A stretch of 37,659 bases of DNA from a virus (Duplodnaviria; Caudoviricetes), in the IMG/VR virus record IMGVR_UViG_3300017778_001501, positions 1 to 37,659 of that record; one strand, written 5' to 3'. Made by a program: the position numbers and the translations under genes. The notes below the pieces were generated by a model that worked only from the letters and a program-made list of their open reading frames with translations, was not told where the DNA came from and made no database searches. This document shows positions 8,466 through 16,305 of this stretch, in pieces (within the stretch, counting starts at the first letter, position 1; the number at the start of each line of letters is the position of its first letter).

Positions 8466-9112
8466 TGCTAAAGCCGGGACCAAAACCGCCAGCGTTTCAT
8501 CCTGAATACAGCTTGCTACCTGAAACCGGATTGCGAGCTAATCAGATCGGCGCACCTTTGTATTACACTGGCAAGCCATGTGTGCGCGGCCACATCTCGC
8601 CAAGATATGCTAGTTCATCGAACTGCATTGAGTGTATTGAACAAAAACGAAAAGTCGCTGGCCGCAACATGCGTGGCGGCGCAAAGTTTCGCAAACAAAC
8701 CGAAAATGATTTGGCTGTGCAGGCTCTCGCCAAAGGTGAGAAAACATATACCGGAAAACCATGCCCAGTCGGGCATGTAGAGCGTCGAGCAACTACGGGA
8801 AACTGTGTTGAATGCGAAGCCGCCAACGCTCAAAAACGGAAAGATAATGCAAAATGGAAAAGGATCTTTGATCTTTACGGACTAACCAAAGAGGCGCTTG
8901 AGGCTATGGTTTTGGCGCAAAATAATCAATGCTGCATCTGCATGGCTACATTTTTAGAAGTAAATATGCACATTGATCATTGTCATTCGACCAACAAGGT
9001 ACGCGCGCTTTTATGTAGCCGATGCAATCAGGCAATTGGCCTGATAGACGAAAGCATTGAGCGAGCTGATAAGATTAAGCAATATTTACGGAGTCACAAT
9101 CATGCTGCGTGA
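8465..9112 (+). CDS. Endonuclease VII-type (HNH-like) free-standing homing endonuclease
   Basis: Two YTGKPC.xGH...NCxEC zinc repeats, then YGLT...QNNQCCIC...HIDHCHSTNKVRALLCSRCNQAIG; AT-rich relative to its flanks. Confidence 0.85.
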   Translation: MLKPGPKPPAFHPEYSLLPETGLRANQIGAPLYYTGKPCVRGHISPRYASSSNCIECIEQKRKVAGRNMRGGAKFRKQTENDLAVQALAKGEKTYTGKPCPVGHVERRATTGNCVECEAANAQKRKDNAKWKRIFDLYGLTKEALEAMVLAQNNQCCICMATFLEVNMHIDHCHSTNKVRALLCSRCNQAIGLIDESIERADKIKQYLRSHNHAA

Positions 9113-10682
9113 TTATCAACGTAGAGCAATTGATTCTGTTTACCAATGGTTTGACAAAAACAAAAATGGCAACCCTTGTTTGGTGCTTCCAACTGGAGCT
9201 GGCAAAAGTCACGTTGTCGCGTGCTTGTGCAAGGAGGCGCTGCAAGAGTGGCCCGAAACCCGGATCCTAATGCTAAGCCACGTCAAAGAGATTCTGGAGC
9301 AAAACGCCGAGAAATTGCGCCAGCATTGGCCAGGTGCGCCTATGGGCATCTACAGTGCCAGCATAGGGCGCAAGCAACTTGATGAACCGATCACGTTTGC
9401 AGGCATTCAATCGATTAGGTCCAAGGCTCAAAAGGTTGGGCACGTTGACCTTGTGATTATCGACGAATGCCACCTTGTCAGCCATGCCGACGAAGGCGGG
9501 TACCGCACGCTGATAAACGACCTGTTGGCGATTAACCCGGCGATGCGGGTAGTTGGTCTAACCGCCACCCCATACCGCTTGGGGCACGGCCTCATTACCG
9601 ACGCGCCTGCCTTATTCTGCGACCTGATCGAACCCGTATCCATTGAGGAACTGGTATTTAAGGGCCACCTGTCGCCGCTGCGCTCCAAGGTGACAAAGAC
9701 GCGCCTCGACGTTTCCGGCGTCCACAAGCGCGGCGGGGAGTACATTGAAAGCGAATTGCAAGCCGCCGTCGATACGGATTTAAACAACATGCAAGCGGTA
9801 CGTGAGGTGCTGGCATTCGCCGGGGATCGCCGCTCTTGGCTGTTCTTTTGCGCTGGTGTCAAACATGCGCAGCACGTTGCCGAGGTGCTGGCCGAATACG
9901 GCATTGCCGCAGGCTGCATCACCGGGGACACCAGCAAGACCGAGCGCGCCGATTTGATCCGCCGATTCCGCTCTGGCGAGCTTCGCGCGCTTACCAATGC
10001 CAACGTGCTAACGACTGGCTTCGATGCCCCTGGCATTGACCTGATTGTCATGCTGCGGCCCACTATGTCGCCTAGCCTGTACGTCCAAATGGCGGGGCGC
10101 GGGATGCGCGTTGCCGATGGCAAACAGGATTGCCTTGTCCTCGACTTTGCGGGCGTTGTGCAGACGCATGGCCCGATCACCGCAGTCCAGCCGCCGAAAC
10201 GCAAGGGAAGCGGCACTGGCGAAGCGCCGATGAAGGTGTGCGACAACTGCGACGAATTGGTACACGTTAGCGTGATGGTCTGCCCTGCCTGCGGGCAGGA
10301 GTTCCCCGCGCCTGAGCCTAAGACCTACACGCTCCATAATGACGACATCATGGGGCTGGATGGCGATACGCTGGCCGTGACATCCTGGGCTTGGCGGGCG
10401 CACACCAGCCGCGCGAGCGGCAAGGAGATGCTGGCCGTGACGTATTACGGCGCGCTGTCTGACACGCCGGTAACGGAATACCTCACCGTACTGCATGACG
10501 GCTACGCGGGCGATAAGGCCCTGCGCTTGCTGGCCACCATCGCCGGTAAGGCTGGTGTGCAACTTGAGCCGGGCGCGGGGCTGGACGATACCGCCAATGC
10601 GCTTAACAATGGCCAGTGCCCGAGTGAGTTAGAATACCGCCGCGATGGCAAGTTTTACCGCGTATTGAAAAGGACATGGTGA
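9102..10682 (+). CDS. SF2 DExH-box helicase with C-terminal zinc ribbon (RadD/YejH-like)
   Basis: LRDYQ, PTGAGKS, IDECH, TATP, LTTGFD, QMAGRGMR, CDNC..CPAC; start ATG 9102. Confidence 0.93.
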   Translation: MLRDYQRRAIDSVYQWFDKNKNGNPCLVLPTGAGKSHVVACLCKEALQEWPETRILMLSHVKEILEQNAEKLRQHWPGAPMGIYSASIGRKQLDEPITFAGIQSIRSKAQKVGHVDLVIIDECHLVSHADEGGYRTLINDLLAINPAMRVVGLTATPYRLGHGLITDAPALFCDLIEPVSIEELVFKGHLSPLRSKVTKTRLDVSGVHKRGGEYIESELQAAVDTDLNNMQAVREVLAFAGDRRSWLFFCAGVKHAQHVAEVLAEYGIAAGCITGDTSKTERADLIRRFRSGELRALTNANVLTTGFDAPGIDLIVMLRPTMSPSLYVQMAGRGMRVADGKQDCLVLDFAGVVQTHGPITAVQPPKRKGSGTGEAPMKVCDNCDELVHVSVMVCPACGQEFPAPEPKTYTLHNDDIMGLDGDTLAVTSWAWRAHTSRASGKEMLAVTYYGALSDTPVTEYLTVLHDGYAGDKALRLLATIAGKAGVQLEPGAGLDDTANALNNGQCPSELEYRRDGKFYRVLKRTW

Positions 10683-10873
10683 TGAGAGCGCCGAAGCCGC
10701 AGGCATTAACGGACTACGAGGCTTGGCGAGCTAAAGGCCCGCCGCGTTTCTGCTGGAATTGCGACCATTACACAGGGCACGGCTCTTGCATGGTGTTCAA
10801 CACGACCCCGCCGCTTGACTTTACGCAAACCGAAGGAGCCTGCCCGAAATGGGAACAAGAACTGCCGTTCTAA
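10676..10873 (+). CDS. Small Cys-rich hypothetical protein
   Basis: CWNCDHY...C...CPKW; overlaps the helicase stop; exact start uncertain (10676/10679/10682). Confidence 0.7.
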   Translation: MVMRAPKPQALTDYEAWRAKGPPRFCWNCDHYTGHGSCMVFNTTPPLDFTQTEGACPKWEQELPF

Positions 10874-11241
10874 GAACCCCGCGCCCCCGCCAGCCCACTG
10901 GCGAACGCATCCGCACCGAACATGAAGAGCAGCGCGAGGTGGTAAGTTGGTTTCGCCAGACCTACCGCCCGTGCCGTATCTTTGCGATTCCGAATGGCGA
11001 GCAGCGCTCAAGGACGACCGGGGCTAGGCTCAAGGCTGAAGGCGTTAGCGCGGGCGTACCCGATCTACTGGTGCCCGCGCATTGCTTGTGGATCGAGATG
11101 AAGCGCAGCCAAGGCGGGAAGGTTAGCGCCGTGCAGAAAGAGTGGCACGGATACCTAAACGAAATCGGCCACACCGTGCTGGTTTGCTACGGTGCAGCCG
11201 ATGCTAAGGAGAAGATCGGGGAGTTTATGAGGCGGGTGTAG
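10849..11241 (+). CDS. VRR-NUC nuclease (putative resolvase)
   Basis: EHEEQ, FAIPNG, GVSAGVPDL, WIEMK, SAVQKEW. Confidence 0.88.
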   Translation: MGTRTAVLRTPRPRQPTGERIRTEHEEQREVVSWFRQTYRPCRIFAIPNGEQRSRTTGARLKAEGVSAGVPDLLVPAHCLWIEMKRSQGGKVSAVQKEWHGYLNEIGHTVLVCYGAADAKEKIGEFMRRV

Positions 11242-11383
11242 CCCGCCTGTGTCTGCAACCAATGTCGCCGCGAATCCCGCACTTAGGGCAGGGGTCGCGG
11301 CTGACATGCACTAGTGTGTCATTGTCTATGGCTGGCCTGCGGACCATGTTTCCCCACGGGAGGGGAGTTTTTTCGCTGCTCAT
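11225..11383 (-). CDS. Small Zn-finger-like protein (52 aa)
   Basis: Hand-translated MSSEKTPLPWGNMVRRPAIDNDTLVHVSRDPCPKCGIRGDIGCRHRRATPAS; GGAGG SD; ATGA overlap. Confidence 0.65.
   Translation of the reverse strand: MSSEKTPLPWGNMVRRPAIDNDTLVHVSRDPCPKCGIRGDIGCRHRRATPAS
11230..11248. terminator. Hairpin at the convergence of two operons
   Basis: aggcggg-tgtag-cccgcct 7-bp stem; no clear U-tract. Confidence 0.3.
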
Positions 11384-11619
11384 GACGTTAAACCTCCACG
11401 TACTTGACCGGCCAATTGCTCGTATGCCGTATCGGATAAATCAAACAGACTCTTGACCGTCTCCGGTGCGATGCCCTTGGCGATGGCTTGGCGGGCTTGG
11501 CTGTGCCCTTCCACTTTTGTGGTAAACTTCGCTTGGCGCTCTGCCAACAAGGCAAAGATGCTGTTGCGTAATTGTTCGCTACCCCGGCGCATGGCTTCTA
11601 CTTCCTCTGGCTCGATCAT
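11380..11619 (-). CDS. Hypothetical protein (79 aa)
   Basis: MIEPEEVEAMRRGSEQLRNSIF...; ATGA-coupled at both ends. Confidence 0.65.
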   Translation of the reverse strand: MIEPEEVEAMRRGSEQLRNSIFALLAERQAKFTTKVEGHSQARQAIAKGIAPETVKSLFDLSDTAYEQLAGQVRGGLTS

Positions 11620-12272
11620 TCCCCTGTCTCCGTCCATCGCCGCACGATCTCTCGCATCCACGGCGTTGCGTCCTTTTCATACTTGCGCAGTCCATTGATG
11701 ACGGTGCTATGATCGCGCCCGCCAATCCAGCGGCCAACTTGCGCAAGGCTATTCGTGCCGCGCGAGGCAAGCACTTTGTAGGCTACCAGGCGCGCTTGCA
11801 TGATGGCCCTCGAACGCTTGAGGCCGATCACATCCGCTAGCGATACATCCATGTCCGCAGCGATGGCCCCGATAATCTCGCGGTGCCCAGAGGGGATGTA
11901 ATCCGGCGAAGGCGGGGCGTATTTCACCACCCGCTTAGGCTCTTCCGGCGCGGGTTCCGAAACAATCCCGCGCGCTTCGTTTAGCCTTTCGAGCAACTTC
12001 GCGTCGGCCCGAATCGTGGCCTTGAATGCCGCAAAGTCAGACTGCCGGATGTACTTGTCCGTGATCGATGCAGTCATTTGCGGCTCAAACGGCTCGCTCT
12101 TTGGCTTGCGCAGCTTGGCGATGTCATCTCGCGTCAAGCCGTGTTCGCCATATTCGCGGTTAAGCTGGGCCATGATAAAGCCTAGATCGGAATGGCGCTG
12201 AGCCAACTTTTCGGCATAGCTCTGCGGCATCCCAAGAGGATGGTTTCTGAAGTTCATTGCTGTTGCCCTCAT
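11616..12272 (-). CDS. Protein with a C-terminal DnaA domain IV (Bac_DnaA_C)-like HTH
   Basis: VSLADVIGLKRSRAIMQARLVAY...SLAQVGRWIGGRDHSTVINGLRK mirrors the DnaA signature; no AAA+ domain. Confidence 0.82.
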   Translation of the reverse strand: MRATAMNFRNHPLGMPQSYAEKLAQRHSDLGFIMAQLNREYGEHGLTRDDIAKLRKPKSEPFEPQMTASITDKYIRQSDFAAFKATIRADAKLLERLNEARGIVSEPAPEEPKRVVKYAPPSPDYIPSGHREIIGAIAADMDVSLADVIGLKRSRAIMQARLVAYKVLASRGTNSLAQVGRWIGGRDHSTVINGLRKYEKDATPWMREIVRRWTETGE

Positions 12273-13492
12273 GCTGCCAAATCCTTTTGCGCTTCGGCTT
12301 TCTTGGCTTTTTTGATGTCAAGCCAACGCCCATAAGCTTCTGATTTGGGCTGCGTTAAGCCAAGTCCCTTGCACCACCAGTCATTGCGTAAAAGAACCTT
12401 ACACAAACGGCGGTATGATGGTGCCCAATGTTGATCCTCCAAAAGCTTAGGGGCTTCATCGGGGATGACGGTATACCCCCTACCATACCAGCCTTTGAGC
12501 CAGCTACGGAAACGAGCAATGTAGTGTTCGCGCGTCGGTTTCGGCAGCGACATAAGCAGAAGGTTGCAAAATGACTTCCATGTGTGCCCATCAGGCCGCG
12601 CGATTTTGTTATAGCCCATAATGTTGCCCATTTCCTGCACGTAGATCGCACCGGAGTTTGCGCCGTTGACGCGGGCAATCAGCTTGAACCACGTTTCAGG
12701 CTCAAGAACATGGTAGAGCCAAAGCCCCTTGCGCTGATCGTCGCCATAAGGCTGACAAAGGCGCTGTTGACTAAGCGGTACGCCAGCTTGTTGCATCAGG
12801 TCGTAAACATGATTGTGGGGCTTGTCAGGATACCTGGCATGATAGCGCCAAATGTCTTGCGTTTTCCAATCGTAGATCGGGTAGACGTTGTACGTCTCGG
12901 CAATGACATGCGTTGTATAACGCTTGCCGCCATGCATCCGCTTGTCAAAAACGGCAATCGTGCGAAAGCGGTTCAAACTTTCATCGGCACGAATGCCCAC
13001 AAAGCCCGCGCATGGCTTGCCATCGCCGTACCATTCGCCAAACAGTACGACAAATTCTTCAAATTCCATACCAGGCTGAAAAAACGGGTAAAACAGCGGA
13101 GACGTAATGGCTTCCTTGGCAGGCTGGCGTACCCAAATATCTTGCTTATCAGGATCCCAGCAAAGCCAGCGCGGCTCATAATTGGTAACTGCATTGCGCA
13201 GTGACATAGGCAGGCATACCCAATGCAGGTCTATATGTGGCCGGTACAGATCAACCATTTCCTGCAAGTGCGCTTCGGTTGCCTTGTATTGAGCCTCAAG
13301 GTCAATAATCAGCACGCCGACCTTACGCCCGCGCTTTATGGCTTCATCCATGACAAGGTGCAGCATGACGCTGCTATCCTTTCCACCGGAAAAACTGACA
13401 TAAAGCTTTTCAAAGTTGTCAAAGGTGTAGGAAATGCGCTCGCGCGCGGCGTCTAGGACATTCTGGTCCCGATAATGTTTTCTGTCGGTCAT
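12269..13492 (-). CDS. ibrA: IbrA-like PAPS-reductase/PP-loop protein (DUF3440), 407 aa
   Basis: NVLDAARERI, VSFSGGKDS (PP-loop), IDLEAQY, WVCLP, GIRADESLNR, YPIYDW...DIW, QRLCQPYG, RVNGANSG; ATG 13492 overlaps the upstream TAA. Confidence 0.88.
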   Translation of the reverse strand: MTDRKHYRDQNVLDAARERISYTFDNFEKLYVSFSGGKDSSVMLHLVMDEAIKRGRKVGVLIIDLEAQYKATEAHLQEMVDLYRPHIDLHWVCLPMSLRNAVTNYEPRWLCWDPDKQDIWVRQPAKEAITSPLFYPFFQPGMEFEEFVVLFGEWYGDGKPCAGFVGIRADESLNRFRTIAVFDKRMHGGKRYTTHVIAETYNVYPIYDWKTQDIWRYHARYPDKPHNHVYDLMQQAGVPLSQQRLCQPYGDDQRKGLWLYHVLEPETWFKLIARVNGANSGAIYVQEMGNIMGYNKIARPDGHTWKSFCNLLLMSLPKPTREHYIARFRSWLKGWYGRGYTVIPDEAPKLLEDQHWAPSYRRLCKVLLRNDWWCKGLGLTQPKSEAYGRWLDIKKAKKAEAQKDLAA

Positions 13493-13920
13493 TAGTAAAG
13501 GTCCGCCTGTGTTCTGCCGAGTGCATCCTCCATAGTGATGATAGGATGCCCGTTGTTTCCCATCCACGCATTGATTGCATCGAGCGCAATCCAATCAGCG
13601 CGCTTTTGTTCAAGTTCAGTGAGCAAAAAATATCCGCCGCAAAAGAACTTAGATACGCCCGTTTCGATGCACATTGAGGCTTGCCCCATCCATGCGATAC
13701 GGTTCATGCGCTCGTTGGTTAGGTAGTGCTCCGAACTCATGCGCCATTCGGTAATGACACGTTCGGCTGCACTTCTAAAGCGCACATCATCGCGCAAAAA
13801 GTCCGCATACATGCGCTTGCAGTTCTCAATAGACAAATCCTTGCGGGGCGGCTTGGGATTGTAGAATCCGGCTGGGTAGCACTCCCACTTTTCCCATGTG
13901 TGATAAACGCGCTGCATCAC
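13492..13920 (-). CDS. Hypothetical protein between ibrB and ibrA (142 aa)
   Basis: YHTWEKWECYPAGFY...EWRMSSEHYLTNERMNRIAWMGQASMC; overlaps both neighbours. Confidence 0.8.
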   Translation of the reverse strand: MMQRVYHTWEKWECYPAGFYNPKPPRKDLSIENCKRMYADFLRDDVRFRSAAERVITEWRMSSEHYLTNERMNRIAWMGQASMCIETGVSKFFCGGYFLLTELEQKRADWIALDAINAWMGNNGHPIITMEDALGRTQADLY

Positions 13921-14576
13921 ACTTCCTCAATCACAAGATCAAAATCATCCACATCCCACGATAGCGAAAAGTCTTCGTCAGAAAACAATTCTGCCAAGCC
14001 GCTGATCTGGCACAGGCGCAGCACCTCATCCGGCTCCATGCCAAGATTGGTGGCAATCTTTTCGTCTGACCAATTCCGCTTCTTAAGCTCAATCACAATG
14101 TCAGACATTGCCTCAACGCGATGCTTGCCACGCGCCCGGTTATGCCGGATCGTAGAAGCCATACGGTCTGTCTTATCCGATTGGCTTTCGCGGATTTGAA
14201 CAAGCGGCAAGTAGCCATGCACGCGGCTTTGAATGTCCATGCATTCCTTGCCAACGCGGTGCCGATGAAAGCCGTCAATAACCTCAAAGGTATCATCAGG
14301 ATCGGCCATTGAAACGATGGGCTGTGTGTAACCATCGGCATCAATCGACAAGCGCAGCAATTCCATTTCTGGCGGCGCAACGCTGTTAGGATTATAGTCG
14401 TTTGAGTGAACGAGAGTGTTGGGAACCCAGCGCACAAAATCTACTGGCTCGCTGCGGAAAGGGCTAACTTCGTGGATAGCCTCTCGCAACTGATTGATAG
14501 CTTCAACGCGGGCCGTTAGTGGCATATCTGCGAGCGCAGCGATGTATGCCAAAACATCGTTTGGTGCTTCGTTCAT
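13917..14576 (-). CDS. ibrB: IbrB-like ParB/sulfiredoxin-fold protein with C-terminal HTH
   Basis: EPVDFVRWV, NDYNPNSVAPPEMELL, DGYTQPIV, IDGFHR, ASTIRHNRARGKH, IATNLGMEPDEVLRL. Confidence 0.88.
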   Translation of the reverse strand: MNEAPNDVLAYIAALADMPLTARVEAINQLREAIHEVSPFRSEPVDFVRWVPNTLVHSNDYNPNSVAPPEMELLRLSIDADGYTQPIVSMADPDDTFEVIDGFHRHRVGKECMDIQSRVHGYLPLVQIRESQSDKTDRMASTIRHNRARGKHRVEAMSDIVIELKKRNWSDEKIATNLGMEPDEVLRLCQISGLAELFSDEDFSLSWDVDDFDLVIEEV

Positions 14577-14606
14577 TCCAATCTCCTATTGGAAGTTAGT
14601 GTTACG

Positions 14607-14639
14607 AAAAATCCGGGGCGACTATATCAGCCGCCCCGG
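14607..14639 (-). terminator. Intrinsic terminator upstream of ibrB
   Basis: Minus strand ccggggcggct-gatat-agtcgccccgg followed by attttt. Confidence 0.7.
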
Positions 14640-14685
14640 CAGGTTCCGCGCGCTGGGAGTGGGTGTAGGGCGCGCGGGTGTTCTT

Positions 14686-14787
14686 TTACCGTTGCATCCG
14701 CTTAATCGCGCGCCCGATCCACATTGCAAGCGGGATCGTGATGATGAAGTAGGCTACGGTCGCGCCGAGCATGATGAGGGCGGTCAT
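14686..14787 (-). CDS. Small single-TM protein (33 aa)
   Basis: Hand-translated MTALIMLGATVAYFIITIPLAMWIGRAIKRMQR; GGAGG SD; ATGA overlap. Confidence 0.6.
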   Translation of the reverse strand: MTALIMLGATVAYFIITIPLAMWIGRAIKRMQR

Positions 14788-14966
14788 ACAGCCTCCACTG
14801 CATCTGCGAGCTTCGCCAGCGTTAGCGGGCGCAGTTCGTGTTCCTGGTTCCGCCAGCGGTAGAACGCCGAAGGCGATACGCCAGCTTGCTTGATGAACTT
14901 GATCAGAGGGAGCCGAGCCTTAAGCGCAGCCACCTCTACATCGGTGGGTGTGAGTGTGTTTTCCAT
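14784..14966 (-). CDS. Cro-like HTH regulator (60 aa), probably leaderless
   Basis: MENTLTPTDVEVAALKARLPLIKFIKQAGVSPSAFYRWRNQEHELRPLTLAKLADAVEAV. Confidence 0.75.
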   Translation of the reverse strand: MENTLTPTDVEVAALKARLPLIKFIKQAGVSPSAFYRWRNQEHELRPLTLAKLADAVEAV

Positions 14967-14973
14967 GGCCCAT

Positions 14974-15045
14974 TTCTTAGCGTCGCATTTTTTCGCGGTC
15001 AAGCGCATTTTTATGGTTGCAATCGCAAATTGTCGCGTTTAGAAG
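14974..15045. promoter_or_regulatory. Divergent promoter pair with repeated operator-like sites
   Basis: Minus: TTGACC 15002-14997 -17- TAAGAA 14979-74. Plus: TTGCAA 15017-22 -17- TAGAAG 15040-45. TCGCA-N5-TCGCG at 14983-97 and 15023-37. Confidence 0.6.
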
Positions 15046-15069
15046 GGAGGCACAATAGGAGACACCGAC

Positions 15070-15348
15070 ATGACTTCCGAAACCAAAATCGACTGGCGGG
15101 CCGCAAATCGCGCTCGCAATCTTGCCGAGGCGCGCAAGCTGGTTGAAACCGCCACTGCCTATCTCGCGGCCCTTGAGCGCGCCGATGGCGATTACACCCG
15201 TTTCGCCATGCGTGCCGAGGTGCCGCTGCTTGAGGCGATTTACAACGTCACCGAATGCGCAGACGTTTGGAACCTCTTGGCCGATCTTGAGGCTGATCTG
15301 GAGCCGAACGATTGGCGCGGTGACGATGAACGCCGGTTGGAGGACTGA
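15070..15348 (+). CDS. Hypothetical early protein (92 aa)
   Basis: AGGAG SD; first gene after the rightward promoter. Confidence 0.75.
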   Translation: MTSETKIDWRAANRARNLAEARKLVETATAYLAALERADGDYTRFAMRAEVPLLEAIYNVTECADVWNLLADLEADLEPNDWRGDDERRLED

Positions 15349-15351
15349 GCC

Positions 15352-15534
15352 ATGAGCCGCACCGGACAATGGGCGCGCTGCCTTGAAGCAGCCGATTACG
15401 AGCTTCGCCACCGCAACGCGATTGAAGCTCGCCGCCACCTCGCCAGCATGACGCCCGTGCGCCGTGCCCAACTTGAGGCAGAATGGGAAGCGCCCGTGTC
15501 CGATGGGCGGCGCACTGGACCGGAGGCATTCTAA
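15352..15534 (+). CDS. Hypothetical protein (60 aa)
   Basis: GGAGG SD; operon spacing. Confidence 0.65.
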   Translation: MSRTGQWARCLEAADYELRHRNAIEARRHLASMTPVRRAQLEAEWEAPVSDGRRTGPEAF

Positions 15535-15623
15535 TGTACATTCGCACCATCATCGCACCCGCTGCGCTGCTTTACGCCGCCTGCGTGGCCGCAACCTTCG
15601 CCATTGTCGCCTTTGGAGGCTAA
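15534..15623 (+). CDS. Small hydrophobic protein (29 aa)
   Basis: MYIRTIIAPAALLYAACVAATFAIVAFGG; GGAGG SD; TAATG overlap. Confidence 0.55.
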   Translation: MYIRTIIAPAALLYAACVAATFAIVAFGG

Positions 15624-15624
15624 C

Positions 15625-15765
15625 GTGCTAATCCACCACCTCACCAAGCCGCGCGTGATGCAGCCGCGTCCCGGCCACCGCGCCTACACATCACCCCTCA
15701 CCGGATACCGCCGCCCGCCTGTCGCGCCGCGTGAGCCTGAGTTGCCGCTGGAGACTGCGAAGTGA
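15625..15765 (+). CDS. Small Pro/Arg-rich hypothetical protein (46 aa)
   Basis: GTG start after GGAGG; GTGA overlap with the next gene. Confidence 0.45.
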   Translation: MLIHHLTKPRVMQPRPGHRAYTSPLTGYRRPPVAPREPELPLETAK

Positions 15766-15980
15766 ACGCGCCGAACCACACCCACACCTTCGCCACCCCC
15801 GCCGAGCTTGAGGCGTGGGCGGCAGGCGTCCGGTATCGGGCGGGTCGCAAGATGGAAACGGCGCGACCTTTCGAGCGCAGCATGATTGCCGCCGCTCGTG
15901 ATGCCCGCATCCGCCGCGTCACGCTCGCTCACCAGCATTTGCCCACACCCCCGGCACCCAAGGAAGGGGGTGGGGTGTGA
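15762..15980 (+). CDS. Hypothetical protein (72 aa)
   Basis: GGAG SD; GTGA overlaps at both ends. Confidence 0.6.
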   Translation: MNAPNHTHTFATPAELEAWAAGVRYRAGRKMETARPFERSMIAAARDARIRRVTLAHQHLPTPPAPKEGGGV

Positions 15981-16129
15981 GCTGGACAGGCGCACGATGC
16001 TTGCAGGGGATGAAATGTGCCCGCGAGGCCGCCAAGCAGGCGGAGGGCAATGGCGACCACAAGGAGGCCGCGCGCTGGCGCAAGCTCGAACAGGTCTGGC
16101 GGTCGCGCTATCTGAGTGCCGTATGGTGA
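15977..16129 (+). CDS. Small hypothetical protein (50 aa)
   Basis: Hand-translated MSWTGARCLQGMKCAREAAKQAEGNGDHKEAARWRKLEQVWRSRYLSAVW; GTGA coupling. Confidence 0.5.
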   Translation: MSWTGARCLQGMKCAREAAKQAEGNGDHKEAARWRKLEQVWRSRYLSAVW

Positions 16130-16212
16130 TCCCCACCCGCCTCCGCGACTTCCTCCGCCGCGAGTTTGGCTGGGATCTGTACGACTGGGCCGACGACGAC
16201 ATTCGATTTTGA
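16126..16212 (+). CDS. Small acidic/aromatic peptide (28 aa)
   Basis: MIPTRLRDFLRREFGWDLYDWADDDIRF; GTGA overlap. Confidence 0.45.
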   Translation: MIPTRLRDFLRREFGWDLYDWADDDIRF

Positions 16213-16305
16213 AAGGACCGCACATGACACAAGATGAACTCGCCGCGCTGGGGGTGAAGTGATGACCCTGAACCTCAAGCCGCGCCCAGCGCTGACGGTG
16301 GTGAC

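Noticed and set aside
12269-13492. cysH auxiliary metabolic gene for sulfate assimilation
   Set aside because: 407-aa IbrA-type architecture with a ParB-like partner, no ECGLH-type C-terminal motif and no other sulfur-pathway genes
13917-14576. ParB indicating a plasmid-prophage partition system
   Set aside because: The motifs are IbrB-type, and I found no ParA or parS-like array
14577-14685. tRNA or other known ncRNA in the intergenic hairpins
   Set aside because: No cloverleaf, T-loop or CCA end; better explained as a terminator and leader structures
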